Shown here piece by piece: positions 52,227-64,000 of a DNA stretch of 64,000 bases (position 1 is its first letter; the number at the start of each line of letters is the position of its first letter). Origin of the DNA: Paramecium tetraurelia (lineage: Eukaryota); contig CT868152.1 of the NCBI GenBank assembly GCA_000165425.1, forward strand, positions 434,001-498,000, given 5' to 3'. The position numbers were made by a program, and so were the translations under genes. Under the pieces are notes generated by a model. That model saw nothing but the letters and a program-made list of their open reading frames with translations. It ran no database searches and was not told the DNA's origin.

Positions 52227-54118
52227 ATGTAACCAACAGAAGTACATTTTATGCTATAACTCAAGGAAACTCAAGTATTAAGTACATCTCCCAGAATGAA
52301 AACAGATCGCTTTGTCAGCACACAAGCTGTTGCCATGAGATCCATTCAAAAAGCGATTAAGTAATTTTGAGATTCATACTAGAAAACAAGACTTGTCTTT
52401 TATTCTTGGTTCCTTTAATAATTATTAAGGGGGATCATAGCAATAAAACGAAAGCGTAAGTAACTTATTGATTTTTAGTTATAACTGTTTTAAATGGAAG
52501 AAAAGGAAGTACATTTAAAATTAGGAGAGCTCAGGAAAGAATTTGATACATATCATACGACGTCGATTAATAAGGAAAAGGAGATAACTCAATTCAAAGT
52601 AGGATGAGTGATTATACTTTAGGATCAACTGTTAAAATTGAACTTGGAAGAATCAGAGTTAATAAATAATACATCAGATTTAACAAAAGAATTGGAATGC
52701 TCTAAAACTGATTATGTGTAAGCCAAACAAAGATTTGAGGAAAGCCAAATGAGTGAAAAATCCTACAACCACATTATAAATAGATTAAAGCATGATGTCC
52801 TATGTTTTAGAAAGAAGTTAAATGAGATGGTCGACGTATTTGAAAAGAAGAAAACTGAAGCCAATTAAGCCAGTGCAAAATAATGGGAATCAATACAACT
52901 AAATCAAATGACTAGAAAGTTATGTGATGAAATGATGAATGTATTTAGAGATTTTATTAAAATAGAATATTGAAATTGAAAAGAATAATAGACAAAGACA
53001 AATAGCATAATACAACAAGCAAATTAAGGCGTAATTAATAGCGAAAGAGAAGAGAGATGAAAGAATGATTAAGTAAAGAGAAATAGCAGAACATGCCAGT
53101 AATGATAAGGATGCAAGTGAAGTAACCGATTATAGAAATATTTTGTATAGAAAAAGTGGAGAAAACTGTTGTTAGTACATAAAGTAGTCCACTCCTTATT
53201 GAAAAATAAAATGGAGAAGGAAATGGAAAAATTCTAAGTTGTAGAAACAGCATTCTAAGAAATTAAGACAGCCACAGGAATATCAGAGGCCTAAGAAATA
53301 GTTTAAAAATTTTTAACCAAAGAATCTACATATGGTTCACTTTTGGGAACTATTGCAGAGAATGAATAGAAAATAGAACTATTGAAAAAGGGTAAAGAAG
53401 ATCTAAGGTAGAATTACTCTAAATTTTAGAAAAAAATTATAATAATTAAAAGATAGTTTGTAAATTATGGAGATTGATGCAAAACCTCCAAAGAAAGGAA
53501 TAGATTCAGAAATATATAAATAATTTTATAGTATTGATGATAGAGCAAAAAAGGCAGAAATAATGAAATAAAAATTGTATGTTTGGAGTATTAAGATGCT
53601 TGGCAAAATAGAGAAAGCATCTATGTAGTTTTTAGATGAGAGAACAAACTATTATCATATTTATCCAAGAGGCAAGGATGTTGAATTATTTGAACAACTT
53701 CAAAAGTTAATCTATGAAGATGTAGATTAAGCTAGGCCTGAAGTAATTCAAAGTATTATAGAATTAGGAAATATTATAAATAATTGGGGAAGTTAATAGG
53801 TCAAATATTAGAAATGATACGTTGAAGGAGGAATATCAAAAAAAGAACGTTAGAATTAAATATAAAAAATTAACTTAAAGAGAAGCTCTTAAAAGGACTA
53901 AATCAATGGATTCCAAAGCTGATTTAAGTAATAGAAGTTTTAGTTAATTTGGATAATCGAGTGATTCAAGTGCAGAACAATCATATTATGAATCAGAATC
54001 AGAAGGAAATACTATAGATGAAAATAGTGAGAAGAACCATTTTAATTATTTAAGGGATGAGGCAAAATAAGTTAAAAAAACAAAGAAGAAGGATGATGGA
54101 TCAGATGGGAAGAAATGA
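52227..54118 (+). CDS. Coiled-coil protein, outer dynein arm docking complex family-like
   Basis: ETAFQEIKTATGISEAQEIVQKFLTKE motif typical of ODA-DC coiled-coil proteins; many short introns. Confidence 0.6.
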
Positions 54119-54167
54119 TAAAGGCATTATTTAATCAATTATATAAAATTAATTTTTGAGTTATTAA

Positions 54168-55578
54168 ATGAATCACTAAAAGGAGAGTGAATATGAGGAT
54201 GTAATTAGATTTGTATTTATATGTAGTCTGATAGAAGTCAATAAAGTTAATCAATTTAACAGAAAAATAATGAAAGAAAATTCAGAAAAATTGAAAAGTT
54301 ATAATCTCTAATCAATAAACCATTTTATTTATTGACTTAGGAAGAAATTAACAAAAGGAGAATACTATCCAAAGTATCTGATCTTATGGTTAAAACCACT
54401 AATGCATCCTAATTTCTATAACCAATTAATCAATAGAAAAGTAGTGATCATAAGTTTTAGCTTAACATTAATCATCTCCAAAATACTTCAATTCCTAAAA
54501 TACCACCAACTATAGCAGATTCTGAGAAAGATTATGTTGATTATTTGATGATGAAAAAGTGTAATCCTATAAATATATAGAACTTATAGAAAAGTAAGAG
54601 GAATAGTTGAGAAAATAAGTGACTAAAAAATAAAACTTAAAAGAAAACTATGATTAATTATGGCAATAACAAGAAGATATATCAGATAAAGAAATATAAG
54701 ATCCCTTTAATGTTAGTAAAGCATTGAATATAGTGCATAAGAAGGAACTTTAGAAATCGGATGAGAGAATTTATTTTGATAAGAACTCATCCTCTGTCTA
54801 AAGCAATTCGAACTTTCAATCTTTAACTAATTCTAGGTTAATTCTTATGTAAGATCAAGATATAAATGAAACTGAAGTATATTAATCCTTTAATTTAGTT
54901 TAGAGAACAATAAGCAAGGAGAACTCTCAAAAAAATGAAAACCAGAAAGGTTATAAATATTGTTTAAAAGGCTACCAAAAAAATTTATAATAAGAAAGAA
55001 GAGTAAATTTAGAAGGAGTTAATTATGCATTAAGTTTATAAACAAATGAGTAAAGACAAAAAAAAGGAAAGCATAAAATCAATAGATAGTGTTTTTAGAA
55101 ATTGTACTAATTTTTGATTAACTTATTAGCTTAAAGTGAATAAACTTTATTATAATCCTAGAATCATTAAAAAATGATTACAAATAAATTACTGAGTGAA
55201 AAAACATTTTTTTAGCCAAAGAAATTAAGTGAAATTAGACCAATTTAAAGTAGGGTTCAATTAAGTCACATTATCTAAAAATAAGACTCTAGAATTGATG
55301 ATACACCTCCTAAATTTCAAAGTAGAAATATAAGTCTCATTAATGATAAAATTGCTAATTTAGTATCGCAGATTGATTAAATCTAACAAAAGGAAATTGA
55401 TTAAATGACCTTTATAAAATAACTAGAAAATGAGCAAGATCTATATCAGACTTATAGGTAGTCTCTTTAACCAGATTAAATTTAAGATACATTAAAATCA
55501 CTCTTAGGTCCAAGTAACAATAATTATCGAAAACCTTTTAAGTTTAGTAATAAAAAATTTTTTAATCAGGTTTTATGA
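54168..55578 (+). CDS. Hypothetical protein
   Basis: MNHQKESEYED start; coding-like frame with short introns; TGA 55576-55578. Confidence 0.5.
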
Positions 55579-55917
55579 AATTTTATTCGTAGATTTTAAA
55601 TATTAACATAATTATTATATTATAATATTAATCCTAGGCTAATAATGATGATTTAAGGTAATTGAATTAGTAAGGCATCTTGGATTAATTTTTGAATATT
55701 TGAAATCTAATTTTACTCATATATCAATAGGTTATATAAAGTAAAAAGGAGTTATCGTATTATGTTTAGAGAATTAATAGAATATTTTAAGATGATCAAT
55801 TGAAAAAGAAAGGATTTTAAAACAATTAATAACTTTGATTTTTGAAGAAAATTTTATCTTTATATTTTGTTCTAAAAGTTTACATAATTAAGCCAAGGTA
55901 GAATCTTCATAAATATT

Positions 55918-56457
55918 TCATGACATTATAAGTAAATTAACTAAATCATCAGTTTTGATAAATCCATTGTGTTATTAGGTGATTTCAGAGACAACCGTAT
56001 CGAATTCTGTTAAATTTAAAACATCTCCAATTTTAGTAATGATTGATTTTATTTCTTTGACATCAATATACCCAGATTTGTTTTTTTCAAATATTTTTAA
56101 AGCATTAATAATTACTTATTTATTTGGCTTGCGATTTCTTACATTATAACAAGCTGTTATAAACTATTCAAAATTTAAAATTGATGTTTTTTTGGGATCT
56201 AAATAATTTCCTAATTCTCTAATTTCAATTGTCGTAACCAGGTATCCAATGGCTCTCAAAGCAAACCCTAAATCTTCACGCTAAATTGTTTTATTTCCAC
56301 TTTTATCAAAATAAACAAACATATCCATTATTTATTTGAGTTCCTGAGGTGTAAATGCCTTTTTTGCAGTTTCAGCATCAACTTTGTTAAATTTTAAATA
56401 TGGAGTAGATAATTTACCTCCTCTTGAGAAATGAGCAAAGTTATTTTATGTTTACAT
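55918..56457 (-). CDS. Calmodulin/myosin-light-chain-like EF-hand protein (179 aa)
   Basis: Intronless; FVYFDKSGNKTIQREDLGFALRAIG and LKIFEKNKSGYIDVKEIKSIITKIGD; EF loops degenerate. Confidence 0.85.
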
Positions 56458-56492
56458 AAAATAAATTAATTATTGCTTATTTTCTCACTAAA

Positions 56493-57216
56493 ATGCAATA
56501 TTAATAAGATATCGTGAATCATTATCATTCAATAATTGAATTATATTATAAAGAGGCAGAGCTAAGTGATGAAAATAAAAGGATAGAAAATTAAGCAGCA
56601 ACTAAAATTTAGCAATGGTATAGAATGCATGTAAAGAGAATTAAATATCTTAAAATTAGATATGTAATTTTGCAATCAATTTTATTAGAATACAATTTAT
56701 ATACAAAAGTTTGCTAAAGGTTATCTGGCTAGAATGTTAATGAAAAGAAATAGCGATAATAGATTTAATGAAAGAAATCTTAAATACTTTAGCTATTAGG
56801 CTACTTAAATCCAAAGATATTTTCGTGGATTTCATTATAGAAAATATTATCTAAACTGGGCTACAAGAAAAGAATACTTGTCCTTCTTGAAAAGAAAAAA
56901 TGAAACGTTTTTGGAAGAACTCAAGAAAGTGGAAAAGGAGGAGGCTTAATAGTTAAGAATCAGATAAGAATAACTAGCCAGGACTGAATTCGAGTCTTTG
57001 GCTCGTAATTTGCATCATCTTTCGTCTACAAAATCGATTTCAGGCATCTACAGTCGACCTTTTGGAAATAGGGATATTGTCTTTGATATGGATGTTGAAA
57101 GTCACTTGAAGATTGTATTTCATAGCAATTATGAATGGGAAAAGTCATAATAGATGTCAAGGTATACAAGAACCAAGAAGTTGAGTATGCAAACAAAATT
57201 AAAGCCTTTGAAATGA
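56493..57216 (+). CDS. SPATA17: IQ-motif protein, SPATA17-like
   Basis: Three IQ motifs (AATKIQQWYRMH, IQKFAKGYLAR, ATQIQRYFRGFHYRK) and LHHLSSTKSISGIY. Confidence 0.8.
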
Positions 57217-57345
57217 TGATATATGTTACGTTAATAATCTAAGATCTTGTTGATACTGTTTAATTCTTGCGCGTTTGAGTTTCAGTGGGTATCACTAACT
57301 CAAATTTTATAATTGAGACATGATTCATAAATATTTATATCTAGC

Positions 57346-58303
57346 ATGATTATTTTATTCTTTATTTCTCTTATTACATTTGTGAATTCCCTATCATTGA
57401 AATCTGTTCTTATGGCAATAGATTGTGGAGGATAAGAATCATTTAATTCAAAAGAAGGATTTCTTTATTAAGATGTATTAACTAATTGCTATTTGAGGAT
57501 TAATATTTTAGTGGGGATTCAAGAGTCTCTGATTACACATATAATGATGTTGTTTATGATGGAATTGCGTATACATTTACTCCAAAAGTTTATTTTACTG
57601 AAAGACACGGCAGCTCATTTGATTATAGCTTACCAATAAATAAGAATGGACAATACACAATAATATTGTAATTTGTAGAAGTAAGTGCTTAATCCATAAA
57701 AGTTATACTTTTAAAATGAGGGAGAAAGACAATTTGATATCTATATTGGAACTAAAAGAGTCATACAAAATTTATCTATTATTGACAAAAAGCATTAAAA
57801 GGGATCTGCAAAGGAAGTGTTCATTTACATTGAAATTAAATAAGACACAGTTTTCCACAATGATGAAGAATGCACCAAAGGGTATGTGAATTAGCATATA
57901 ACAGATTCATTAATGGAAAATTGAAAATTGGATTTAGAAAAGGAGCTGCTGATTTACCTAAAGTCGATGGTATCGTGATTGTCAAAGGTCATAATGCTGG
58001 AGAAGAAGAAAAAAAGCACTTAATTGATAATTGGGAATAAATGTTAGAAGAAAATAGAAAAAAGGAAGCAGAATTATAGAGAGCAGAACTAGAGGCTTAA
58101 AATATGATTGTACCTGATTCAGTTGATCCAGAAGTATTTTATTTCTACTAATTTCATCTCAGGAAGGGGAAGGGTTAATTTCATTCTTATTGTCACCTAT
58201 TGGAATAGGAATCATAATTTTTGGAATGTTTGTTTTTGGATTGCTAATATTCACAGGTGAAAATGAAGATTAAAAAAACAAAAAGAAAAATAAGTCAAAA
58301 TGA
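57346..58303 (+). CDS. Malectin-like ER glycan-binding membrane protein
   Basis: Signal peptide, AIDCGG, YFTERHG, ILQFVELYFQNEGERQFDI, C-terminal TM segment and basic tail. Confidence 0.85.
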
Positions 58304-58499
58304 TTATCGTATTAGTAAATATATGTAAGCAGAGTAGATATGCAATTATGTAATACTTTTTATTGAATCCATGTTATAATTGTATAATCAGCTTATGTAT
58401 ACTAAATATTGCTGATATATAAACTAAATAGAAGTATTTCTTAACAGGAAAACCGTTTTATATTAATTTCTATTTAGGTTTTATTTGATTAAGGCTTTT

Positions 58500-61300
58500 C
58501 TTTTTTACTGTTAAATGCGTATGCGAATCCATTTAAAGAATTTATATTCTAATTATCAAGGCTTCCTATTTTGCATCCATTTAATTTTCTTGTAAAAGAA
58601 GAAATTTATTAAATATCATTGAATAAAAAATAAATTTTTTTAACTTTATAAATTAGGTTCATCTTAAAAATCTTTAAATTAACTTATTTAAGAGGATGTT
58701 AATGATGCTTCCATAAATATGTTAAGATATTTATATTGGATGTTTAATTTTATCCATACCCAAGAATTTTTTTTAAATTAATAATTTTGGCTTAGACATT
58801 AAACAATTTAACTGTATTTATAAAAAGATGAAATTGTTAATACTTATAATGATAGCATTCCAATCCATTCTTATTTTGTTTATATTCACACTATAATCCA
58901 TGAACCTAAAATAGACTTGATTTACTTGATTCCTTCATTCCTTTTAATTTATTGAATTTCTTTTGATGTACTCTCTTTATTCGCAAGATTTTATCAAATA
59001 AATTAGAATTACGAATTCTTTCTCATATATTTTTATACTATTTATATAAACTATTTGTTGAATATATTCATTTTTTTCTAGAACTTCTTTCTCTTTCAAA
59101 TTAAATGATAACTGGCTTTAATTAAACAGGTCTAAACATTATTTTTTATTCAAATGTTTCGGTAGGTTTTAGTTTCACTTCAGATTATTGGATTTCTTTA
59201 GAGAGATTCTCTTCTTTAGAAATTTTACTAATGAACTCTATGTTTTAATTATACATAGCACTTATGGTGGGTTAAATTACTGCCATAGTAACTTATTATT
59301 AATCCTATTAATTATTAATTTTTTATGGAGTAATTTTGGGAGGGCTTAAAGATATCCCTATTTTTTGTTCTAATTGTAAACGAGGGTTGAAACAATCATC
59401 CTCAAAAAATACTGTATAATTAAGATTTTTCTATTTTTTCTTTCCCATTAAAGTGATATGAGCACACTAACCTCAATTTATTCACCAAAGATTTTCTTGT
59501 ATCTTTGAGTAGAAGTCACTAAATTGTAGTACACATATTAAGCACTTTTATCTTCTATCATTCTTAAGATTATAACAAGCTTGCCTTAGTAGCAGCCTAG
59601 CTCAATCTTCTTGAATTAGATAAAAGACTTATCCTTAAACCGCAATTCATAAAAATTGAATACTAATCAATGAAAAACTCATTTAGATCTATTTGATCGA
59701 TGGCATGCTCATCAACATTCACAATAATAATTGATTTCTATGATTCCCATTCTTAACCAACGAGATTGCTGTTTATGTATAAATTTTATACTTTTTCTGT
59801 AATGCTTTAGGCTCTATTTTAATTGCTTAATTAATCACATATGACACTGTATTCACCAGAATATTCCTCAAATGATGAATTTGGTTTCAAATATCTATGT
59901 TTTTCAATATTATTGAGATTCTTCTATTATGAACCTACACTTACTAATTTATTCCTATTTTATTAAGCTAATCTATACTCATTTTCAGATTGGATTGTAA
60001 ATTCCGTTTGAAGCCCTAAATTTAGAAATTGATTGGGACAAAAATCAATCATTTATTTTGTGATTTGATACATTAAGAAAAAATAATTATTTATATAACT
60101 TCTTTTTTTGTAAATAAGCCTAAATAGAGAATTTGAAATGCCGATCCTTATGATTAGAATAATTGGCATAAATTAAACCAGAATTATTAAACCATTTAGT
60201 GATTGAAGATGGCAAAAAAATCAAAGGTTTTTTGATATTTCTTACAATAATAATATTGAAGTTGCTTCTATGAAAGTAATCCATTCAAATAATTTAAATT
60301 GTTTGTAACACCTGAAAAACTTATTTCTAGGAAATCCGATTGTGATGGTGTTGTTTTATTTGAATAACATAATCCTTATTATATGTAGCATCCTGATCAA
60401 GAATTCAAGATGTTTGAATTTTGAAGCAAGAATTTCTATATTTCATTGCGATCAGTAAATAAATTAGACATTTGGTGAAGCAATCATAAATTTAGGCTGC
60501 CAGAAATTTAATCAAATTAGAAAACTCTACACATTTACAAAAAAGAGAATTATAATTTATTATATCCAAACAACATGGAAATAGATTATTTTAAGAAAAT
60601 ATCATAAGTTGTGTTATTGAAGAATGGATACTCATAAGAAAAAAATCATTAGCTTGTGACTTTTTGTGGAAGATAATTACCAATTTAGTGATAGATCTAT
60701 TATAAAATAAAAAAATGTGAACAAAAATCCTGAATAACTAAAAATGGTAAAAATAAAAAAAATATTTTTATGAATAAATTTATATAAAAGTATTTTTACT
60801 TATTATTTTCTTTTTATATTGCAGATTTCATTCAAATTTTGTGAACAGAAAAATAAAAGATAGAAAAAAAGGAGAAGGAATTGTTACTAAAATTAGATAA
60901 CAATAAGAAATAAATGGAGGAGAGCAGCAGAAATAATTACAAAAGGAAAAACTCTTATAATAGAATTTAAGAGGATTAGATAAAGAAAATATAAATCCAT
61001 TAAAGATATAACTATTTACAAAATGAAACTCTCTGTCTCATTAAATGATATAGTAAATCTAGATTTATACAGATATCATTTAATAGCAATTTTGGAGATA
61101 TTAAACTCATTAAAATATAGGAGATAATAATTTTAAATCTACACCATTTAATAACAGAAGACTATATAAAGATAAAGATGAAAAAACTTTGCAAAGAATG
61201 TTGATTAACATTGAAAAGTTGAAATCTTAATAATAATTATTATTTGAAAATAAAAAATAAAAATATGACAATAGACAAGATTTATAGCAATATTTCTTAT
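58500..61300. pseudogene. Gene-poor interval with decayed coding-like fragments
   Basis: Coding-like patches (minus strand ~58.5-60.0 kb, plus strand ~60.1-61.3 kb) interrupted by TGA and frame changes I could not resolve with canonical introns. Confidence 0.35.
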
Positions 61301-61344
61301 TATGTTATTATTTTGTCAAAAGTTGATATATATATTTTAATTTA

Positions 61345-61821
61345 ATGGGCAGTGCCTGCAAAAACATGAAAAATACGCAAGATCTAAAGTAAGTTTACAT
61401 GAATTAAAATGGACCATTTAAATAACTGAAGAGAGCTCATTTTCAACATCCTAAGTAAATTATGGATTTCTAAAGCTCTCATTCAATCTGTTCTGAAAGA
61501 AACTCATCCTAATGCTCAAAAACCATAGGAAATATAAATACTTCAAGTTGTATTTAGATGACACGAAGAGACAATCGTTTTTTTACTAAAAGAGTTAGTA
61601 GTAGTTTAAATCACAACAGTTTAAATTTTCTCAAAAAAGATGATCTAAATTCATAATCTGATTTATCTGTAGAACTAATTGACAACAATTAACTTACATT
61701 AATAGTACCTTATCATACAAGAAGATCGTGGAGTAGAAGAAGAGTTACCACTAAATTTGATTTATTAATGAAAGTGAAAAATAACAAATACCTAGAAAAA
61801 TATACAAGGAGGTAAACGTGA
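61345..61821 (+). CDS. Hypothetical protein with N-terminal MGxxC acylation motif (158 aa)
   Basis: 477-nt TGA-free ORF beginning MGSACKN. Confidence 0.55.
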
Positions 61822-62675
61822 GATTCTTATAATTTTTCAAATCCTCTTTTTTATTTATTTGTAAAATATATAAAAATATAATCTTTTAATAAATGTTACT
61901 TTAGTGGTTTACATATAAATCCAGATAATCTAATTATGTTGGATGTCAAAATTTCTGTTAAAATATCATATTAAGAAATTCAAATATATTGATAGTAATA
62001 ATAAAAATATATGTGAATTAACATAAATACACTCTTTGGAATGTGAAAAACACTATAAATAACAAGAATATTTAATTGAAATATCTAGCAGGATTCTAGA
62101 GTTGTTGTCTTTTGTGAGCTTACGATTTTAAGTGTTAAAAAGTAAATGCTACTATAATTAGATATTTACAATGTTATGTTCAAATAAGTTATAATAGTGT
62201 TTAAAACAATTTTTTTAAAGAAACAGCTTATAGAAAATATCGAATTATTAATATAACATTCATTTTAACATCCTATTTAATTTGATAAATGTGATCTTTA
62301 AAGTTGTAACATTATGTATTTAATTATAAAGCCATCTTCTAATTACAATTAATATATTGTTTTTGAAATTTACAAAACAGAAGGAATGTAAATTTGTATG
62401 AAATATCTGCTAAAAATTTTAAGAAGTTACTTCTTTCAGCAAATACATTATTAATACTATATAATTTTATAATTTCAGGATTAAATGATTATTTCTGAGA
62501 ATTTAAGACTAAACGTAATACCAAGTTTTAAGAAGTGAAAGGAAATATGGTTAGACTCCATGAGATTAAAAAAGTAGTTTTAAGCAAAAGAACTTGATGT
62601 TATTGTAAATGCTGATAGTAATTATGAGTATGAAATTATAAATAAATTGATTAATTAAAATAATAAAACGTGTTT

Positions 62676-64000
62676 ATGATGTTAGTAATACTCTTGATGA
62701 TCATGCAGACGTTTGCATCTAATATTGATGTTTAAATTTCTTATATCGATGCTTCTTTAATAAACATTCATTGGTGTAGCGATACTGTATTGGCACTAAC
62801 TTCAAAAGGATCTGTATACAGAAGTGATGATCGAGGCCGTCAATGGACCAAAATGTCTGAGATTTTTCATCGTAAAGCACTAATTTAGCTTGAGGATGCT
62901 GGTGATAGAGTTGGAATAGTAAATAATTTGGTTGCAAGTCCTGTTGATAAATAACTCATTCTTTTTACAGGCACCGATTAAATTGCATGGATATCACTTG
63001 ATTGTGGTAAAACTATCACAGCAGTTAATGCAGGTAAGTAATTGAGGGAATATTAATTTCATCCAATTGAGAAAGATTGGATTCTTGCCTCTGCATGGAA
63101 ACAATGTGGTTCAGATGAACTTCTTGCTGGTAAACCTTGTGTCTCATACAAGGAACTTTTGTTAAGTCAGGATACAGGAATCACATGGCTGTCCATAGCT
63201 ACTTATGTCAATCAATTTACTTGGGGTGTTAAAAACAAAGACATGGCCAAGTATACTCCAAAAGAACGAATTCTAGCATCATTTGATCCTCAAGGAAGAG
63301 GACATTAATCAATCAGTAGTTGGAATATGGATGCAAATTTATATTACAGCGATGATTTCTTTCAAACTCGTACTTTAAGTGTACCAGCAGGTTCTAGATT
63401 TTTATTGACAGAATCCTTCCTATTTGTAGCTAAAGTCACATCATAATATACCTAAGAGGTTAGTTTATATGTAAGTGGTACTGAATTAGGATAATATAAA
63501 TATGCAATTATCGATGCCGATTCAAAATTATTAGAACACTCTTATAGTATTTTGGATACCTCAGAAAATCAAGTTTTCATGGTTGTTAATCATTTGAAGC
63601 CATCCTCTCCTTTGGGGGTAATTTATATAAGTGACTCTACTGGTACAAGGTATTCTAGATCTCTGGAGAATGTGGCCAGATTAGAAAACAGTGCAGAGTT
63701 CTATAGAGTTCAAGGATTAGAAGGAATTTATTTGGCTAATGTTTATGCTGAAGATCAAGCTAAAATATATTCTCATCAAGTCTTAGAAGCTATGGAAGAA
63801 GGATTCTATGCTTAATAAAATGGATTTAAAGATGAAGACTTGAAGAAATACAAATAAACAAGGATTACTTTTGATAAAGGTGGTTAATGGGTTCCATTGA
63901 AGGTATAATTATTAAATTTATGATTAGCCACCCACAGTTGATGCAGATGGAAAACCAATTAATTGTAATAAGTGTTAGTTACATATTCATCTTAGTTAAG
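62676..64000 (+). CDS. Sortilin/VPS10-domain receptor, 3' truncated by the window edge
   Basis: Signal peptide; Asp-box motifs YRSDDRGRQW, ISLDCGKT, LSQDTGITW, ITFDKGGQW; IYISDSTGTRYSRSLEN; RVQGLEGIYLAN. Confidence 0.93.

Noticed and set aside
60298..60330. LFVTPEKL resembling a RecQ helicase motif
   Set aside because: No Walker A or DEAH motifs nearby, and the frame is interrupted.
1..64000. tRNA, rRNA, telomeric repeats or intact transposons
   Set aside because: None recognised by eye; no C4A2/C3A3 tracts, DDE or reverse transcriptase motifs were seen. A covariance-model scan was not run.

Overview
AT-rich, very gene-dense ciliate DNA, most consistent with a Paramecium macronuclear chromosome. 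TAA/TAG read as Gln, TGA is the only stop, introns are 20-30 nt and intergenic spacers are often under 60 nt, so the supplied standard-code ORF track is largely artefactual. Manual translation with genetic code 6 supports about 40 protein genes. These include RPN5, a Slo-family K+ channel, a CAMKL kinase, COX15, Brr6/Brl1, a DHHC enzyme, TBC-TLDc, a CHAP amidase, SAPS-like, LARP-like, RPL17, mitochondrial IF3, SPATA17, malectin and sortilin genes. The most striking locus is 34.5-38.2 kb on the minus strand. There about 20 TPR repeats are each encoded by a 102-nt phase-1 exon plus a ~28-nt intron (130-bp period). The array shows non-adjacent cassette copying and three frameshifted central cassettes. 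It is in frame with an upstream domain resembling the pre-pentapeptide region of the large Paramecium WD40/pentapeptide family, making it a candidate exon-shuffled recognition system. All family calls are by-eye motif recognition; no searches were run, and boundaries of hypothetical genes are approximate.
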